DNA of 64,000 bases from assembly GCA_029953675.1 (NCBI GenBank), contig JAMWBK010000011.1, positions 992,001 to 1,056,000 of the forward strand. The letters are read 5' to 3'. Of the stretch, positions 33,581 through 45,979 are shown in pieces. Position numbers and translations under genes: made by a program. This stretch comes from Rhodosorus marinus CCMP1338 (taxonomy: Eukaryota > Plantae > Rhodophyta). Numbering within the stretch: position 1 is the first letter of the stretch; each line of letters begins with the position of its first letter. The notes beneath the pieces were generated by a model. The model saw only the letters and a program-made list of their open reading frames with translations. It did not search any database and was not told the DNA's origin.

Positions 33581-36500
33581 CCCAGGACTTGCCTACTGAC
33601 TTGCATAAACCGGTAGAGTTCAAGGCTACATCCGGAACAGAAAATGACTACTGGAACAATTCTTATGTTAAAACAGTATTACGCATTGCCATCAATATTC
33701 AATTTTGTTACGAAATATTAGTTGGAAAAACAAAGTTTACGGACCATGATTTTTCCTCTCCGAATGTATAGGCCAATATTATGTTTAAACGAAGTAAATA
33801 CGGAATACCAGAAAATTCGCGGGATATCTCGGTCATTTTTTGGCGTTTTGGTCCCAACCACGTTAACAGCATGAACGCTATCGATTTTTTTGAAGTACTT
33901 GGAGGGTGAGAGTAATTTATTTATTGTACGGATTCATTTTGGAAAAAGAACGTCCCCTCTACCGATTTGTTTTTGCCGATATTTGGCTTTTATTTACTCG
34001 TATGTGAAAGATTTATTTAATACATCCATTGTTTAAGGCAGTTTTTTCGGGCGGTTAGAAAAAGTCGTGTGCAGCAACTCTTAATCACTCTGCAATTCTT
34101 TCCAATTCGATCTCAGTTTTTTTGAAAGCCGAGATTGAATACTCGAGAAGTTTTGCACTTTAATCTTTTTTTTTCGCCTCCTTGAAGTTAAGTAAAAACA
34201 TTTGTTTCTTTATACGAGTTCTCCGTCTTGACCTAACGATCTAGGGGGGCGTAAATTTATCTGGTGAAAAATGAAAGCAAAGGATACTCTTGATTTATAC
34301 AATTTTCATATATATATATATACCGTAAAAGAAAATTGGACACTACGTAATTTTCTGGAATATAAGATTAGCTTATACAAGGGGTTCTTCTCCATTGGAT
34401 ATCATACTATCCCAACTTCATCATGGAGTTATATGGATCGAACAGGGAAGCCTCCTAGTTATTCCCAACTTGTAGTGAAAATTGGAAGGTGGGTAGCAGC
34501 AGCGGTGAGAACTCACAGTACCAATAGAATGAAGATGTCGAAAAAAATTGGGAAACCTAACTTTCCGCGGTATTCGCTGGATGGGCCTTGACGATCGAAA
34601 CGATGTGGGTCCAAGCAACTGCAAAACCTCAAACGTACGCAAGGACGCTTCATGTTAGCCACTTTGAATATTACCATCCTCTCCATGTGTTACGAATATG
34701 CCACATCGCATGCGGATAAAGAAGACCTGTTCGCAGAAGGGGGGGAAAGCATGACGTCCTCCCCCCCTAAACTGCGAGACTTGGAGTAAATATCGATTTT
34801 ACAACCATTAGACTCATCCAATGTGTTTGGGAAACTTCCGGTTTTGATTTACTTTCAAATTTCAGTTCCGAAGCATTTCGCTGAGTTGATTTTGATCCTC
34901 TTTTCCTGAGTGCAAACAAAGAAACACTGACCTCCTGTGAAACTTGGGGGTATCTGATGGAAGGAGGCAACAGAACGCGATTAAGGAAAGCTCCTATCAT
35001 ACAATATGTCAAGGGCAAATTGGCCGAGTGTTAGCCAGCTGAACATTCGGTACGGGCTTTGGAATGCGGGCGAGGGGGAGAAACTATTTTTGGGGCGGAC
35101 CAATTGTTGAATACTTCACGGCTCACACAGCGAAGTGAGAGCAAGGGGAGAGAGAAAGGGGTCGGACAGACCCGTCAGCTCATTTTGAACCTGTACAGCG
35201 AACCCCGCCACGTTATGATCATCCAATGATAGTCCACGGAGAACTCGCTGTTCTCCGCAGATTGACAAGGGCAAGCAGGGAGAGAATCGCCCTTGATATC
35301 TAATGCAGGTAAATTGTGCAGGTTCTCAGCAGTGCAAAGACCTGGCACTTGCTGCAGGGAACGATCACCATTATCTAAGAGATCTACAGCAAAACGGTTC
35401 CCAAGCTTCTTCCGAGGTTCTTTCAAGTCTGAGGTTTGGTGGTTGCTAACACAATGATCGCGAGATTGTTTTGTCCATGGAAATTTTCCACCCGAAAACC
35501 CAGGGTCCAAGGGGCCCTAAGGCTAGACGTTGCCATCCCTTCCAGCTACAGTGGAGTTCATTCACCATGTGGAGCCTAGAGCTGGTCACTTCGAACGACC
35601 AGGAGATATGAAAAACAATCATTGTGTAACAAATGCATTTGAACTGCTCGTTGAAAGCAGAAACTGAGAAGACAGAACTCCAGGTCAGCTTCCCTGGACT
35701 CTGCCTAATCGTTTTCTCTAATATTGCACTTGGGATTTGTTTGAGTCCAGCAGATAGACGAAGAAAGAGCTTTATCGGCCGTTCTGGAACCGAATAGGAA
35801 AGCTCAGCTCCTCTTTTTCTTCTCCTATTCATGAACACTTGCAATCTCCCCCGAGAGAACGATCACCTTCCCTCCACCATTTCCAACCCATCCAATCATG
35901 CAACCCTGGTTTCAAGCCCGAGGGCGGGGGGAAAACGACACTTTATAGGACGTCGAGGCACAATCTAGAGCTGCGAAACATACAAAGAACTCTTTGTATG
36001 TTTCGCAGCTCTAGATTGATAAAAAAAACTTTGCTTTGTCACAGTTTTTGTTCCAAAAAAAGATGCAGTTCTAGTTCACCCAGATGTCTTCGTAGTCAGA
36101 CGACCAATGTTGTGGAGTAATTGAAAACGAGCTATCTTCCAACAGCATCACGTGGCATACACCCGCTCTCCATTAATTTCGATAATTAAAAATCCTGTAC
36201 CGATCCGCATCCCGAGCTCCACAAACCCATGTGAGTACTTTTCAGTATTCAGTGTCGGCTCTGAAAAACTTTGCCCGTGTTGGTCGGGAAGGCCATTCCT
36301 GATCATCCCTGAGGGGGTACTGCGGTAGTAGAGCAGCATCATAGGTAGTTTGTAGACAACCGGTACGTAGTAGCGTAGATTATATCGTGATTGGACTGGA
36401 TCGTTCGTCCTCGTCGAACGACCGTGGACTACCCGATCGAGTACTCAATGAATTGTGAATTGTAGGCACTCAGGCACGCTAGGGATCAATAGAGCCGGGC

Positions 36501-36799
36501 TACCGGTTCTGGGGAAATTTGGAGTACAATTTCGTGAACAGCCCAAGGAGACAAAAATGTACCCAAGATTTTCAATCCTAATCATCTCAATATAAACCAA
36601 TTCACTCTAATTAGGGAGTATATCCGCAAACTACGAGTTTTAGGCCCACTTCGACCTTATACATTTTCCGGAATTCTGCGAAAAGTCAGCATTATACCAA
36701 TTCTCGTCTTAAAATTGATCCAACGATATCCTAAAAGGCTTCATAATTAAATACCAAATTATAAACTTGACCATATGTGACTTTCGTGCTCGGATTAGG

Positions 36800-37180
36800 A
36801 TGACCGCCTGGTACCTTTGGTCATTGAGTCTTCTGCCATCTGTTGGTCCCCGTTGGCTCCACAAAGTATTCTGTGAGCGCTCGGACCTGCTCGCTTCGCC
36901 GTTTACCAGTTTGAATTTCCTGTTGTTGTAAGCCACCACTTGGAAAGCTAACAAAGTCTGTAGAGTGTCCCACGAGAGAGAAGCAGGAGTCACAGGTGTG
37001 CGTGTGTGCTAAACAACTCGTCAATAAACACTAACTACAAAGAAATACTGGTAGGACCTGTAAAACCAACCCTGTTGTAGCGTATGAGCGCGGTTTTGAT
37101 ACTAGAGGCGCGGCTATTCGCTTTGAGTAGTCTTTTTTTTCGCCCTCCGACCTCCCTTTCAGTCTCTGAATAAACTTCTT
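36800..37180 (+). mobile_element. Ancient family-B-like relic predating the segmental duplication (paralogue ~49445-50140)
   Basis: RLVPLVIES, then SVGPRWLHKVFCERSDLLASPFTSLNFLLL versus SVGSRWLRELFRERPDRLQSLFTRLSFLLW. Degraded tail GAGGCGCGG..TAGTCTTTTTTTC..TTTCAGTCTCTGAATAAAC. Confidence 0.65.
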
Positions 37181-37943
37181 CATCTGAGTTGACGAGGTTC
37201 TTTTCGAGTTGGGGGGAGGGGAGCGCGGAGTTGCGATTTAGTTGGGTCCCTGGTTCTGGGGAAATGTGCTGTGCCGTACCCTTTCGTGGGCACCAGATCG
37301 GAGGGTCTACACAAAAAGATATTCACGACCTAATTGCGCCTCCAAGGGAATGCGTTAATGGATCCGTTCTCTCGAAAACTCCACGTCGGAATTGTCCTCT
37401 GATGCGGTTTTTGTGTTCTGCGACTCGACTGGCAACCGTTTGTGATATGCCGATGCTGAGATCTATAGAAGCCCCTATCCTATGGCTTTCTTTTCGGCTT
37501 CCAGTTCTCCTGCAGGTCAGGTCCATATGAGAACCACTCTCCCTCAGTGCTAAACCAGACGAAAACCGAGTACGCGATCCCCGATTCTCACTCGCATCGT
37601 TCCAGAAAACTCACCCGGGCCTCCTCGCATCAGAGTTTTCTCTGTCTCGTATTCGGGCCTTTCTTGAATGCTGCGGTTCGTGCAAGGCCAAAGAGTCATC
37701 AGCCCGGATAGCTTCGAAACTCTTTTTCAATCTGAGTTTAACTTTTTGCTTTGTACAGTTTGGTTATTTGGCATTAACGGCGCTCGCCACTCATTAGGTG
37801 GTCTACTGATAAGGTCCACTCATAAAGTCCTTTGCGTATTAGCTCTATAGAGTCTCCTTTGGCTACTTTAAAATAGGCCACTCTTGCGTATCCTTAGTGC
37901 TAGAATCACTAGCTGAAGTAACCCTACTACCTCTACGTCGAGG

Positions 37944-38790
37944 TCAGGTTAATGTGTAAACACCACAGTCGTCGACGTAGGCGAAGTCATCACTTCGCGT
38001 TCTCACGACGAAAACGGACTTCCCGTTACATGGCGTCGTGAATTCTAGGTTTCTCTCCGTTCATTCCCAACTGGACGTCGTCGCCTCACGCTCTCCACTA
38101 ACCACAAGCGTTTTGCCCTTCTGTGTCCATGATCACGGGTGAGCTCCTCCATACCATGTACTGGAAACGATATTCAGTTCCGCTCAAAAGCTCAACTCAC
38201 TGGAACGCTCCGCTTACTTGTCTTCTCAACTTAACTGCTCCTGATCCACTTCGTACAATGCTACTCTGGAATATCGCGAGCCCCAAAAGGGTCTAGTGCG
38301 TCTCAGATTTAGATTCCAAGTTTCCATCTGGAAGCAGCTGCACAACAGGCTCCAATGTGGGCTCATGCGTGAGTTCAGGCGTAGACTCAGCGTGGGCTCA
38401 GGCGTGGGTTCAGGTGTGGGTTCAGATGTGGGCTGAGGTGTGGGCTCAGGCGTGGGTTCAGGTGTCGGCTCGGGTTTGGGCTCAGGTGTGGGCTCAGGCG
38501 TGGGTTCAGGTGTGTGATCTGGCGTGGGCTCTGGTATCGGCTCTGGAGTCGCCTCCTGCGTCGGGTGAGATGTAGGCTGTAGTGTTGGGTCGGGCAGAGA
38601 GAACCCATCCGCCCAGACCCCTGCGCTCTGCGATTCTGGGTTGCCAAAGTTGTCGCGCTCCAAGACGTTTTCATACTCACGCGACTCGCGAATTACGAAA
38701 TCAGCTCCTTGGCTCTCCGAAACCGTGCCGGGCAAACCAAACGTATCGGCACAGTTATCTCCGAACAACATCGAATCAGCCCATACTGTA
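37944..38790 (-). pseudogene. Pseudogene: partial A module, (PEPT)n linker and a distinct C-type CBM-like module
   Basis: [16 protein letters not shown]...[19 protein letters not shown], then PEPT repeats, then [19 protein letters not shown]...RSGSGAVKL...AFQ*VELLSGTEYRF...DDFAYVDDCGVYTLT*, with internal stops and frameshifts. Confidence 0.7.
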
Positions 38791-40464
38791 CGAATTTATT
38801 GTGCTCCAAGTGCTTCTTTCATTTCAATTAATAAATTAAGCAAATCACGATTCGCTTTTTATATCCGTTCTTGTTTTGATTGAGCTATCAATATAGTCAA
38901 TGCACCCTTTTGCTGCGAACATGTGCGGGTTGGCTTGTACTGACCTATATTAGAGTGGTGAGTACCGAAAAGGGCAAGTTCGGCGTGCTCTTTTCTGCGG
39001 ATTATTATTTCCAATAATTTATGGACCTAGTTTAACACTTTCTTCCGCTAATTGAAGATGGACATATAAAGTCCTTATATGTCTTTCTTCCTGACATCGT
39101 TTTTTTTTGTCCTTTCTCCAAGGCAACATTCTCAGAAAAGATCACTCTGAGTGATCTTTTCTGATGCAACCAATAGGAGAATGTTGTAGTTGTATTTTCG
39201 TACAAATTCGAGCGTATGTGAAAAATGAAGGAATCTATTGAAACGTTGAAGATAAATTGATACTGTGCGGTTTTGGGGGTTTCTGCATTGAATTGATCGG
39301 GGGATTAAGAAGACTGTAATGAATTGGACGGCATGTGTGGCTCTCGTGACGAACAACTTTGGACAGAGTTGGACACCGTGAGCATCTGGTCTGGCCCTCC
39401 CCGCTGTTTGCCAGGTCAAAGTTTCTTGTTGTGGTGTGTAGAGGCGGTTTTGATGTTGGAGACGCTTGATCTCGTGTGTTGAGTATGTTTTTTTCCCCTC
39501 GTGTTTTTGTTTTCACGTGACTATAGAGACACCCCCCAGTAGTTTTGTTTATGTATGGAGAGAGGATGTATTCGGACTTCCGAAGAGCGTACTCGGCCTG
39601 AGGAGAAAAGGAGGTTTTATTGACTTTTTTGTAACATCTTTTCAAATCTGGAGTTCTCGGTATTTTTTGGATTTGATCGATTGTATGACACAGCATGTCA
39701 AGTTTGTTTTCTCTCGTTGTTTAGTTCGGACCTCATCCGAGGCTCCGCAAGGAAACACATCCGGAGCTTAAAAGGGATCCCCTGGGACGTCGCTTACAAT
39801 TGTTGGGCGCAACGCAATGTATTTTCGACGCTCTAAAACTCTCAACAACAACATCAGACCGTGGGAGCACCGTCTCCGACTTTCCCGCCAAATTCCGCAC
39901 TAGCAGCATACGTGCGTTGTGTACTTCAGTCCGTCCGAAATCCTGGACAAATCTCGTCAGGAGCTGCTGACAAAAAAAATGCAGTCCCTCAAAGCACATC
40001 CTTGGGAAATCGCTGACGAGAGTTTCGGATAGAAAGCCTACTTTGCTCCAGATGCTTACCAAATAAGCGTCATGCGAGTCATGTGCATAGTAACCCGGGT
40101 ACGGCAGTCAATTTTTGCGTGTTAGTAGTGGAGGTTTTCCTTGGTAGCCTCAATTGTAGAAAGCCCCCCGGCTCTCTCTCTAACACACGAACTGTTCGAG
40201 AAAATGTAAGAACGACTCTCGATATATGGGAGGAGGAGTAGAATTTTTCATCTTCTAGTTGATCGGGCTTGGCTAGAGCAGGCAGATTTTTGTTCGAGGC
40301 TCCATGATAATAAGGGCCTGTATAAAACTTTTCCCCATTTCCTATTTTGTTGTCCTTTTGGGAGGATTCAACTCGAACCACACCACCATCACTTTCTCCC
40401 AGTTACTGAATCGATTGCTCTTCCTGACCACAGTTGACCATGAATTTCGCGGCTCTAGGGTTCT

Positions 40465-43400
40465 CTAACTCAACTCTGGATCAGTGAGCGCCCCGCCAAA
40501 CGGCAGCAAAGTGCAAAAGTCCACGAGACATTCGCTGTTTCCTACGTTGTACAAAAGCACCTCGTTCGTGATTCCGGCGGCGTCAAAGACCATTTCCTTG
40601 TAGCCCCAGTCCCCATATGGTATCGGAGTAACTGGCCCGAAGGAGTTCTTGCACAACCTGTTGTTCTGATAGAGGATCTCCATGGTCAGCGGTCCCGATC
40701 CGCGGACATAGCATCGCATTCTGTACCGCTCGTCTCTGTCCAGCCACACAGTCTGACGAGCGACAGTCTCCGACGGATAGAGGTACATAGCTCGCACATT
40801 ACGCAATGGTTGAAGTGCAGAAAACTCAAGAGAACCGCTCACAGTCCATAGAAAACTCCCTTGTTGGAGCTCAAAACTCGGGTTCTTCAGCTCCTGACCT
40901 GGCTCTAAAAGTACCGCTGGAGGATCCCATTTCGGGAGATCTATTGGTAGGTTGTAAGCTCCGGAGCCGACTTCAGGAGGGAACCCGTCAGTCGCAATAT
41001 AGAGTGAGCAGTCATCTGCCCAGACGTCACCGCTCTGCGCTCCAGGATCACCACCATTGTCTCGCTCCAGAACGACCTCGTAGTCGGCCGAAAGAAGGAT
41101 CTCAAAGTCAACTTCCTGGTTCTTCCAGTTCGAGTTGTTAACATCGAACGTATCTCCTAGATTCTCCGCATAGAGCGTCGAATCCCTCCAGATCGAAAGC
41201 CGGATGCTCCCCTTCACGTAGCAGTGCAATCTGTACACCTGGTTACGGCTCAAAGAGACTAGTTGTACTGCCTTTGAGCCTTCCTGTGTCAAGCTGAGAG
41301 CCTGCGTTCCACTGAAATTTTCAGATGTCGCCGTCTCGGCACCGTCAGAGAAAACCCACACCCCAGCGTTCTCTTCGAAACTCGGGTCCGTCAAAAGTGA
41401 GTCGTACTCCGGATCCGTCAGTGCTCCCGAGAAAGGGAACAAAGTGCAAAAATCGACCACGCACTCGCCGTCTCCGATGTTGTATAGAGATATATCCTGC
41501 GCTACTTTTATCGCATCAAAAATCACATCTTTATATCCCCAATCGCCCCTCCCAATTAACGTCACCGCCCCGAACGAGTTCTTAGATATCCTCTCTCCCT
41601 GATAAGAAACCTCCATGGTCAGTGACCCCGGTCCACGCACGTAACACCTTAGCCTGTACCTCTCGTTCAGGTCCAAATACACCAACTGCGTTGCAACGGT
41701 GTTCGGGTAAACAAACATTGACCGCTCGCCTCTCAATGCGTCAACTAAAGTGAACTTGAGATCACCGCTCACAGTCCATCCAAAATTCCATTGGAATTCA
41801 AAACTCGGGTTCTTCAGCTCCTGACCTGGCTCTAAAAGTAGCGCGGGAGGATCCCACGGCGAAACATCTGGTAAGTTGTAAACACCGGAGCCGACGTAAG
41901 GAGGGATCCCGTCAGCTGCAACATAGAGGGAGCAGTCATCTATCCAGACCCCATTCCTCTGTCGGCTCGGAACACCCCCATTGTCTCGCACAAAGGTCAG
42001 CTCGTACTCGCCGGGTTCTTCGATCATCACGTCGACTTCTTGATTGTTCCACCCGGAATTCGGTACCGGAAACGTGTTTCCAAAGTTCTCTGCATACAAG
42101 ATCGAATCCCTCCATAGCGTAAAGTGGATGTTCCCGGTTGAGTAGCAGTGCCACCTGTAGATATTTCTTTCATCCAAATAGACGCGTTGAACGGCTATTG
42201 ATCCCTCCTGGGCGAGTCGGAGGCCCCACACTCCAGTAAATGTTCTAAATCCCCGTATAATCGCGCCGTTGGAGAGCAACCACGGCTCGGTGCCTTGCTC
42301 AAAACTAGGATTTTGCACAAGCTGCTCATTTTCAGGATCTGTAATCGGCCCCGAGTATTTGAACATGGTGCAGAAGTCAACGATACATTCACTGTCCCCA
42401 TCGTTGTAGAGGAAAACATCCATCGCAATCCTCGGCGCGACGAAGACTACGTCCTTGTACCCCCACGAACCATATCCGATTGGCGTTACAGGACCAAATG
42501 CGTTCTTGGACACACGATCTCCTTGAAAGGAAACCTGCATGGTAAGCGATCCCGGCCCATTAACATAACAACGCAGTCTATACGTCTCTTCTAGGTCTAA
42601 GAAGACGGTCTGGCTTAGCACCGTGCCTGCGAAAACAATCATCGCTCGCGTTCCTTCCAAATTGTTTTGCCCGGTCAACTGTAGAGGGCCGGTGACACTC
42701 CATCGAAAGTCTGCGGTCGAAAACTCAAAGCTCGGGTTTCTAATAACTCCATCATCGCCCAAAAGTTCCGCTGGTGGATCCCACGCAGGTGTTGGCTCGG
42801 GTGGGTAGTTGACAGATGCCGAGCCGACGAAGGGTGGAACGTTGCTAGCAGCGGAAAGAGAACACTCATCTGCCCGAACCCCTGCGCTCTGGAGGCCTGG
42901 AGTACCACCATTGTCTCTCTCGATGACAATGTCGTATTCACCCGAGCTACGGATCAGGAAATCGAACTCTTGATTCTTCCACCGGTTGTCTGGCCCCGGA
43001 AAAGTGTTGCCGAGACTGTCACCGAAGATCGTTGAGTCATCCGATATCGAGAAGCGGATGCTCCCCCTCACGTAGCAGTGCAGCCTGTACACATTGTTTT
43101 CTCTGAGGTAGACGCGTTTAACGGCCTTGGCCCCTTCCTGATTGAGTTTGAGGCGAAGCTCTCCCGTGACAGCCTTGGAACTGCTCTGGAATTCGGCCCC
43201 GTCCAGCAAAGACCACGCTCCGTCTTGTTCTTCGAAGCTGGGGTCCTTCAAAAGCTGCTCTGCGTTGGGAGTAGATCGATTCCGATAAGGGTAGTCCTCA
43301 GGATTGGTTATCGTTCCACACGGCAGATCGTCGTTTGCTCCACCACCCAGAAGGCAGCACGCTCCTCCCACGCATTCATCAACTTCCAAAACCACGCTGC

Positions 43401-45324
43401 TCAGCCAGCCGCCATCGTCAGAGTACTGCACCTTAATCTCCGGAGATGATCCCAGATCTTCCAGGCTGTATGGAACGACAAAAGTCCCAAAGTACCTGAG
43501 GTCATAATTCCGCTTTGGACCAGCCATTCGCTCGTCATAGTCGGTAATCGGTTCTGCGGCATCGTTTACCCACACCTTGGGCTTGGCATCGTCGGAGAGC
43601 CTTCTGGAGTGCGAGATACGTATGTAACCAACGCCGTTCGGACTCTGTGGAATGCCGCTGAACTGAAACGTATAGGTCTCGTTCTCCTCAACGAGCACCG
43701 GATAGTCCCGAGTTTGTCCAGTACTGTCCAAGATCTCGCCCATGTAGTGCCTTGACCTCTCAACCTTGCGAAGTTCACGTACAGGTGTAGTGAAGGTAAC
43801 TGCCAGAACGTGCATCGCCTCCGGTTCGATCTGAACGCGTTCCGGAAGGGAACTAAGAGTTGAGTTGCTCCACCTGACCATTCCTGCTCGTGCGATACTC
43901 TGAGCTATGTCGTCCGCGGTCGGTTCGCCCTCCTCCAGCCAGAGTTTTCTTTCAACAACGCTCTCTACAACGCCAGATCCGAATGGAAGGTTCAGATCGA
44001 CCTGGGCCGCATCGCCTTCTGTGGCCAGGTTCTGAAGCAGAACGTAGGCGCGGTTCGAGTTCGCCACAGAGAGAACCTTGACGTATGGATCGTCGCTGTA
44101 GGAGTACACGAAATCTCCTTCAATGCCTTTAAACAGCTCCAAATAGTGCAGAAGCGCCGTCCACTCGAGCACGTCGTCTTCTCCTCCATTCGTAAGCGAC
44201 CACGGATATGGATACGTCAAGCCGTTCCGGATATCCGTCGGATCCAAAGTTAGAAAGTTGATAAACTTGAGGACATTGTCATGGACTCTCATTGTACTCA
44301 TGAACGCCTTGAACGCGTCGGCCATTATAATAAAGTCCCTTCCTCCAGTCGGCGGACGAGATTCCAGGGTGACCTTCGAGAACCATGAGCCGTGATACGC
44401 ACCTGTCTCAGTTATCATGTACTTGATCGGCTTGCCGTCGTCAGATGTCTTCGTAGTATAGGTCTCCAATAGATCGAGATTGGCGTCCTGTACGGCACCT
44501 CCCGACGAGTAGATATGCTGCGAGATGAAGTCGACACAGCCTGCACTGTGGGCAGAGTCGATAAAGTTCTTCATACGTGTTTGCCATCGACTAAAATTGG
44601 CAAGATGTGGTCTCGCGCTGTTTGCTCCCGGCCCTCCGGCGAGCATGTCAGGATTCGCCGCCTTGATATCCCTACACATTTGGCCGCAAATGTTTCCGAT
44701 CCTGGTGACGACGGAGGACTCGGACTCCCCTGGATACTGTCTGAGCATCTTGTACTCTCCCATTGGCTCATTGAAACACTCCGAGTATCGTGGCTTTGGA
44801 AATCCCTCCTCAGCGTTGAAGAACCTGCTGAAGTACTCCCCGGAGAACGCGGCGGCATCGGAGACAAGTTGATCGCTGTGCTGGAACTTGAGTAACTGTT
44901 CAGTCCTGTCGGTAGCGACTCGCTCTTCGTCCATCAGTCGCTTCCTGAGAGGGTCGCAATTGTCGCATTTAATCTGGTTAAGTCTCAGTGCACCTTCCTC
45001 CTCCAGTCCGTCCACGCCGTCCGGGAAGCCCTGTGATCCTGCGAAAGGACCCTCATTCGACGACCTGGTAAACCTCACGTCCAGGTCAACCGCGAGGTAC
45101 TCCATCATAGCCCGCGCGTTCGTTGGCGTCGCGAGGTCTCCATGAGCGTTAACGAATCGGTGTCGATTGAACACTTGCTCTCCGTTGGTTACCAAAGTCG
45201 TTTGGAAATCAACAGTCACAACCGCGCCCTTGATGCTCAGGACCAACATCAAGAACAACAGCACCACCTTGCTCGAAGCCATTGATTTCATCCTCGGAAT
45301 TATAGGACAGCCTGTCTTCCTCAT
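40465..45324 (-). CDS. Gene 4: secreted GH86-like hydrolase with 3 module pairs; recent paralogue of gene 3
   Basis: 1619-aa ORF collinear with gene 3 except for one 308-codon module pair. Same catalytic motifs (CFNEPM, MITETG). Confidence 0.82.
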   Translation of the reverse strand: MRKTGCPIIPRMKSMASSKVVLLFLMLVLSIKGAVVTVDFQTTLVTNGEQVFNRHRFVNAHGDLATPTNARAMMEYLAVDLDVRFTRSSNEGPFAGSQGFPDGVDGLEEEGALRLNQIKCDNCDPLRKRLMDEERVATDRTEQLLKFQHSDQLVSDAAAFSGEYFSRFFNAEEGFPKPRYSECFNEPMGEYKMLRQYPGESESSVVTRIGNICGQMCRDIKAANPDMLAGGPGANSARPHLANFSRWQTRMKNFIDSAHSAGCVDFISQHIYSSGGAVQDANLDLLETYTTKTSDDGKPIKYMITETGAYHGSWFSKVTLESRPPTGGRDFIIMADAFKAFMSTMRVHDNVLKFINFLTLDPTDIRNGLTYPYPWSLTNGGEDDVLEWTALLHYLELFKGIEGDFVYSYSDDPYVKVLSVANSNRAYVLLQNLATEGDAAQVDLNLPFGSGVVESVVERKLWLEEGEPTADDIAQSIARAGMVRWSNSTLSSLPERVQIEPEAMHVLAVTFTTPVRELRKVERSRHYMGEILDSTGQTRDYPVLVEENETYTFQFSGIPQSPNGVGYIRISHSRRLSDDAKPKVWVNDAAEPITDYDERMAGPKRNYDLRYFGTFVVPYSLEDLGSSPEIKVQYSDDGGWLSSVVLEVDECVGGACCLLGGGANDDLPCGTITNPEDYPYRNRSTPNAEQLLKDPSFEEQDGAWSLLDGAEFQSSSKAVTGELRLKLNQEGAKAVKRVYLRENNVYRLHCYVRGSIRFSISDDSTIFGDSLGNTFPGPDNRWKNQEFDFLIRSSGEYDIVIERDNGGTPGLQSAGVRADECSLSAASNVPPFVGSASVNYPPEPTPAWDPPAELLGDDGVIRNPSFEFSTADFRWSVTGPLQLTGQNNLEGTRAMIVFAGTVLSQTVFLDLEETYRLRCYVNGPGSLTMQVSFQGDRVSKNAFGPVTPIGYGSWGYKDVVFVAPRIAMDVFLYNDGDSECIVDFCTMFKYSGPITDPENEQLVQNPSFEQGTEPWLLSNGAIIRGFRTFTGVWGLRLAQEGSIAVQRVYLDERNIYRWHCYSTGNIHFTLWRDSILYAENFGNTFPVPNSGWNNQEVDVMIEEPGEYELTFVRDNGGVPSRQRNGVWIDDCSLYVAADGIPPYVGSGVYNLPDVSPWDPPALLLEPGQELKNPSFEFQWNFGWTVSGDLKFTLVDALRGERSMFVYPNTVATQLVYLDLNERYRLRCYVRGPGSLTMEVSYQGERISKNSFGAVTLIGRGDWGYKDVIFDAIKVAQDISLYNIGDGECVVDFCTLFPFSGALTDPEYDSLLTDPSFEENAGVWVFSDGAETATSENFSGTQALSLTQEGSKAVQLVSLSRNQVYRLHCYVKGSIRLSIWRDSTLYAENLGDTFDVNNSNWKNQEVDFEILLSADYEVVLERDNGGDPGAQSGDVWADDCSLYIATDGFPPEVGSGAYNLPIDLPKWDPPAVLLEPGQELKNPSFELQQGSFLWTVSGSLEFSALQPLRNVRAMYLYPSETVARQTVWLDRDERYRMRCYVRGSGPLTMEILYQNNRLCKNSFGPVTPIPYGDWGYKEMVFDAAGITNEVLLYNVGNSECLVDFCTLLPFGGALTDPELS

Positions 45325-45886
45325 TTCAATAGAATGCTCTCCTAACTTTTCACCTCAAGGTGCGTATCATTTCCAATCCAGAATTCGATCTCCAGGTTAA
45401 ATAAACTTCACTCTCCTAGTGCTTCACTACATTCCGCGCTTCTACTGGCATAATTAGCATAGCCTGAAGCGCTTCTACTTGCAGGTTGGCTCCGCTCTTT
45501 GCGCAGCTCACGGGGGTTTATAAAGTCTCGACCTCGCGTCGAAAGCGATTTTTGTTGATGCCTCCAAGATAGTAAATCCAGCCCGGGGGGTGGGTTAAGG
45601 CAATGCATCTAGTAAAGCTTACGGTTACTAGATGCATTGCCTTGAACGGCCACTTTTTCATCAGCTTAACACTGGATCTGGTGCAACGAGCTCATGCTCT
45701 TTCCGTTCTGCAGCAGTTATGAACCGAGTGGTCGGGTTCGAGTTGTGGACTTATCGGCTCATATGCACCATGAAATCCCGAAATGTGAAAAAAAACAGAC
45801 AACTAGCAATCATCCCAGATGAATAGGTGTGTTTTGGCTGATAGCTCTTCGAATAAAACAAAGCAGTCCAGAATACTCAATTAAAT

Positions 45887-45979
45887 GAATGAATGAATGG
45901 TTTAATCGGAGGCTGAAAAAAAAAAAAACCCCGAGGGGAAAAAAAGACTAAGCGCGGCGAAGTACTCGCGCCTCCAACA
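45887..45979 (-). mobile_element. ~93-bp family B tail-only insertion
   Basis: GAATGAATGAATGGTTTAATCGGAGGCTG...GACTAAGCGCGGCGAAGTACTCGCGCCTCCAACA. The paralogous site at ~31140 is empty. Confidence 0.88.

Noticed and set aside
3565-45145. Many 60-180 aa ORFs overlapping the hydrolase genes on the opposite strand or in other frames
   Set aside because: They are shadows of long GC-balanced CDS; they recur only because the genes are duplicated and show no independent motifs.
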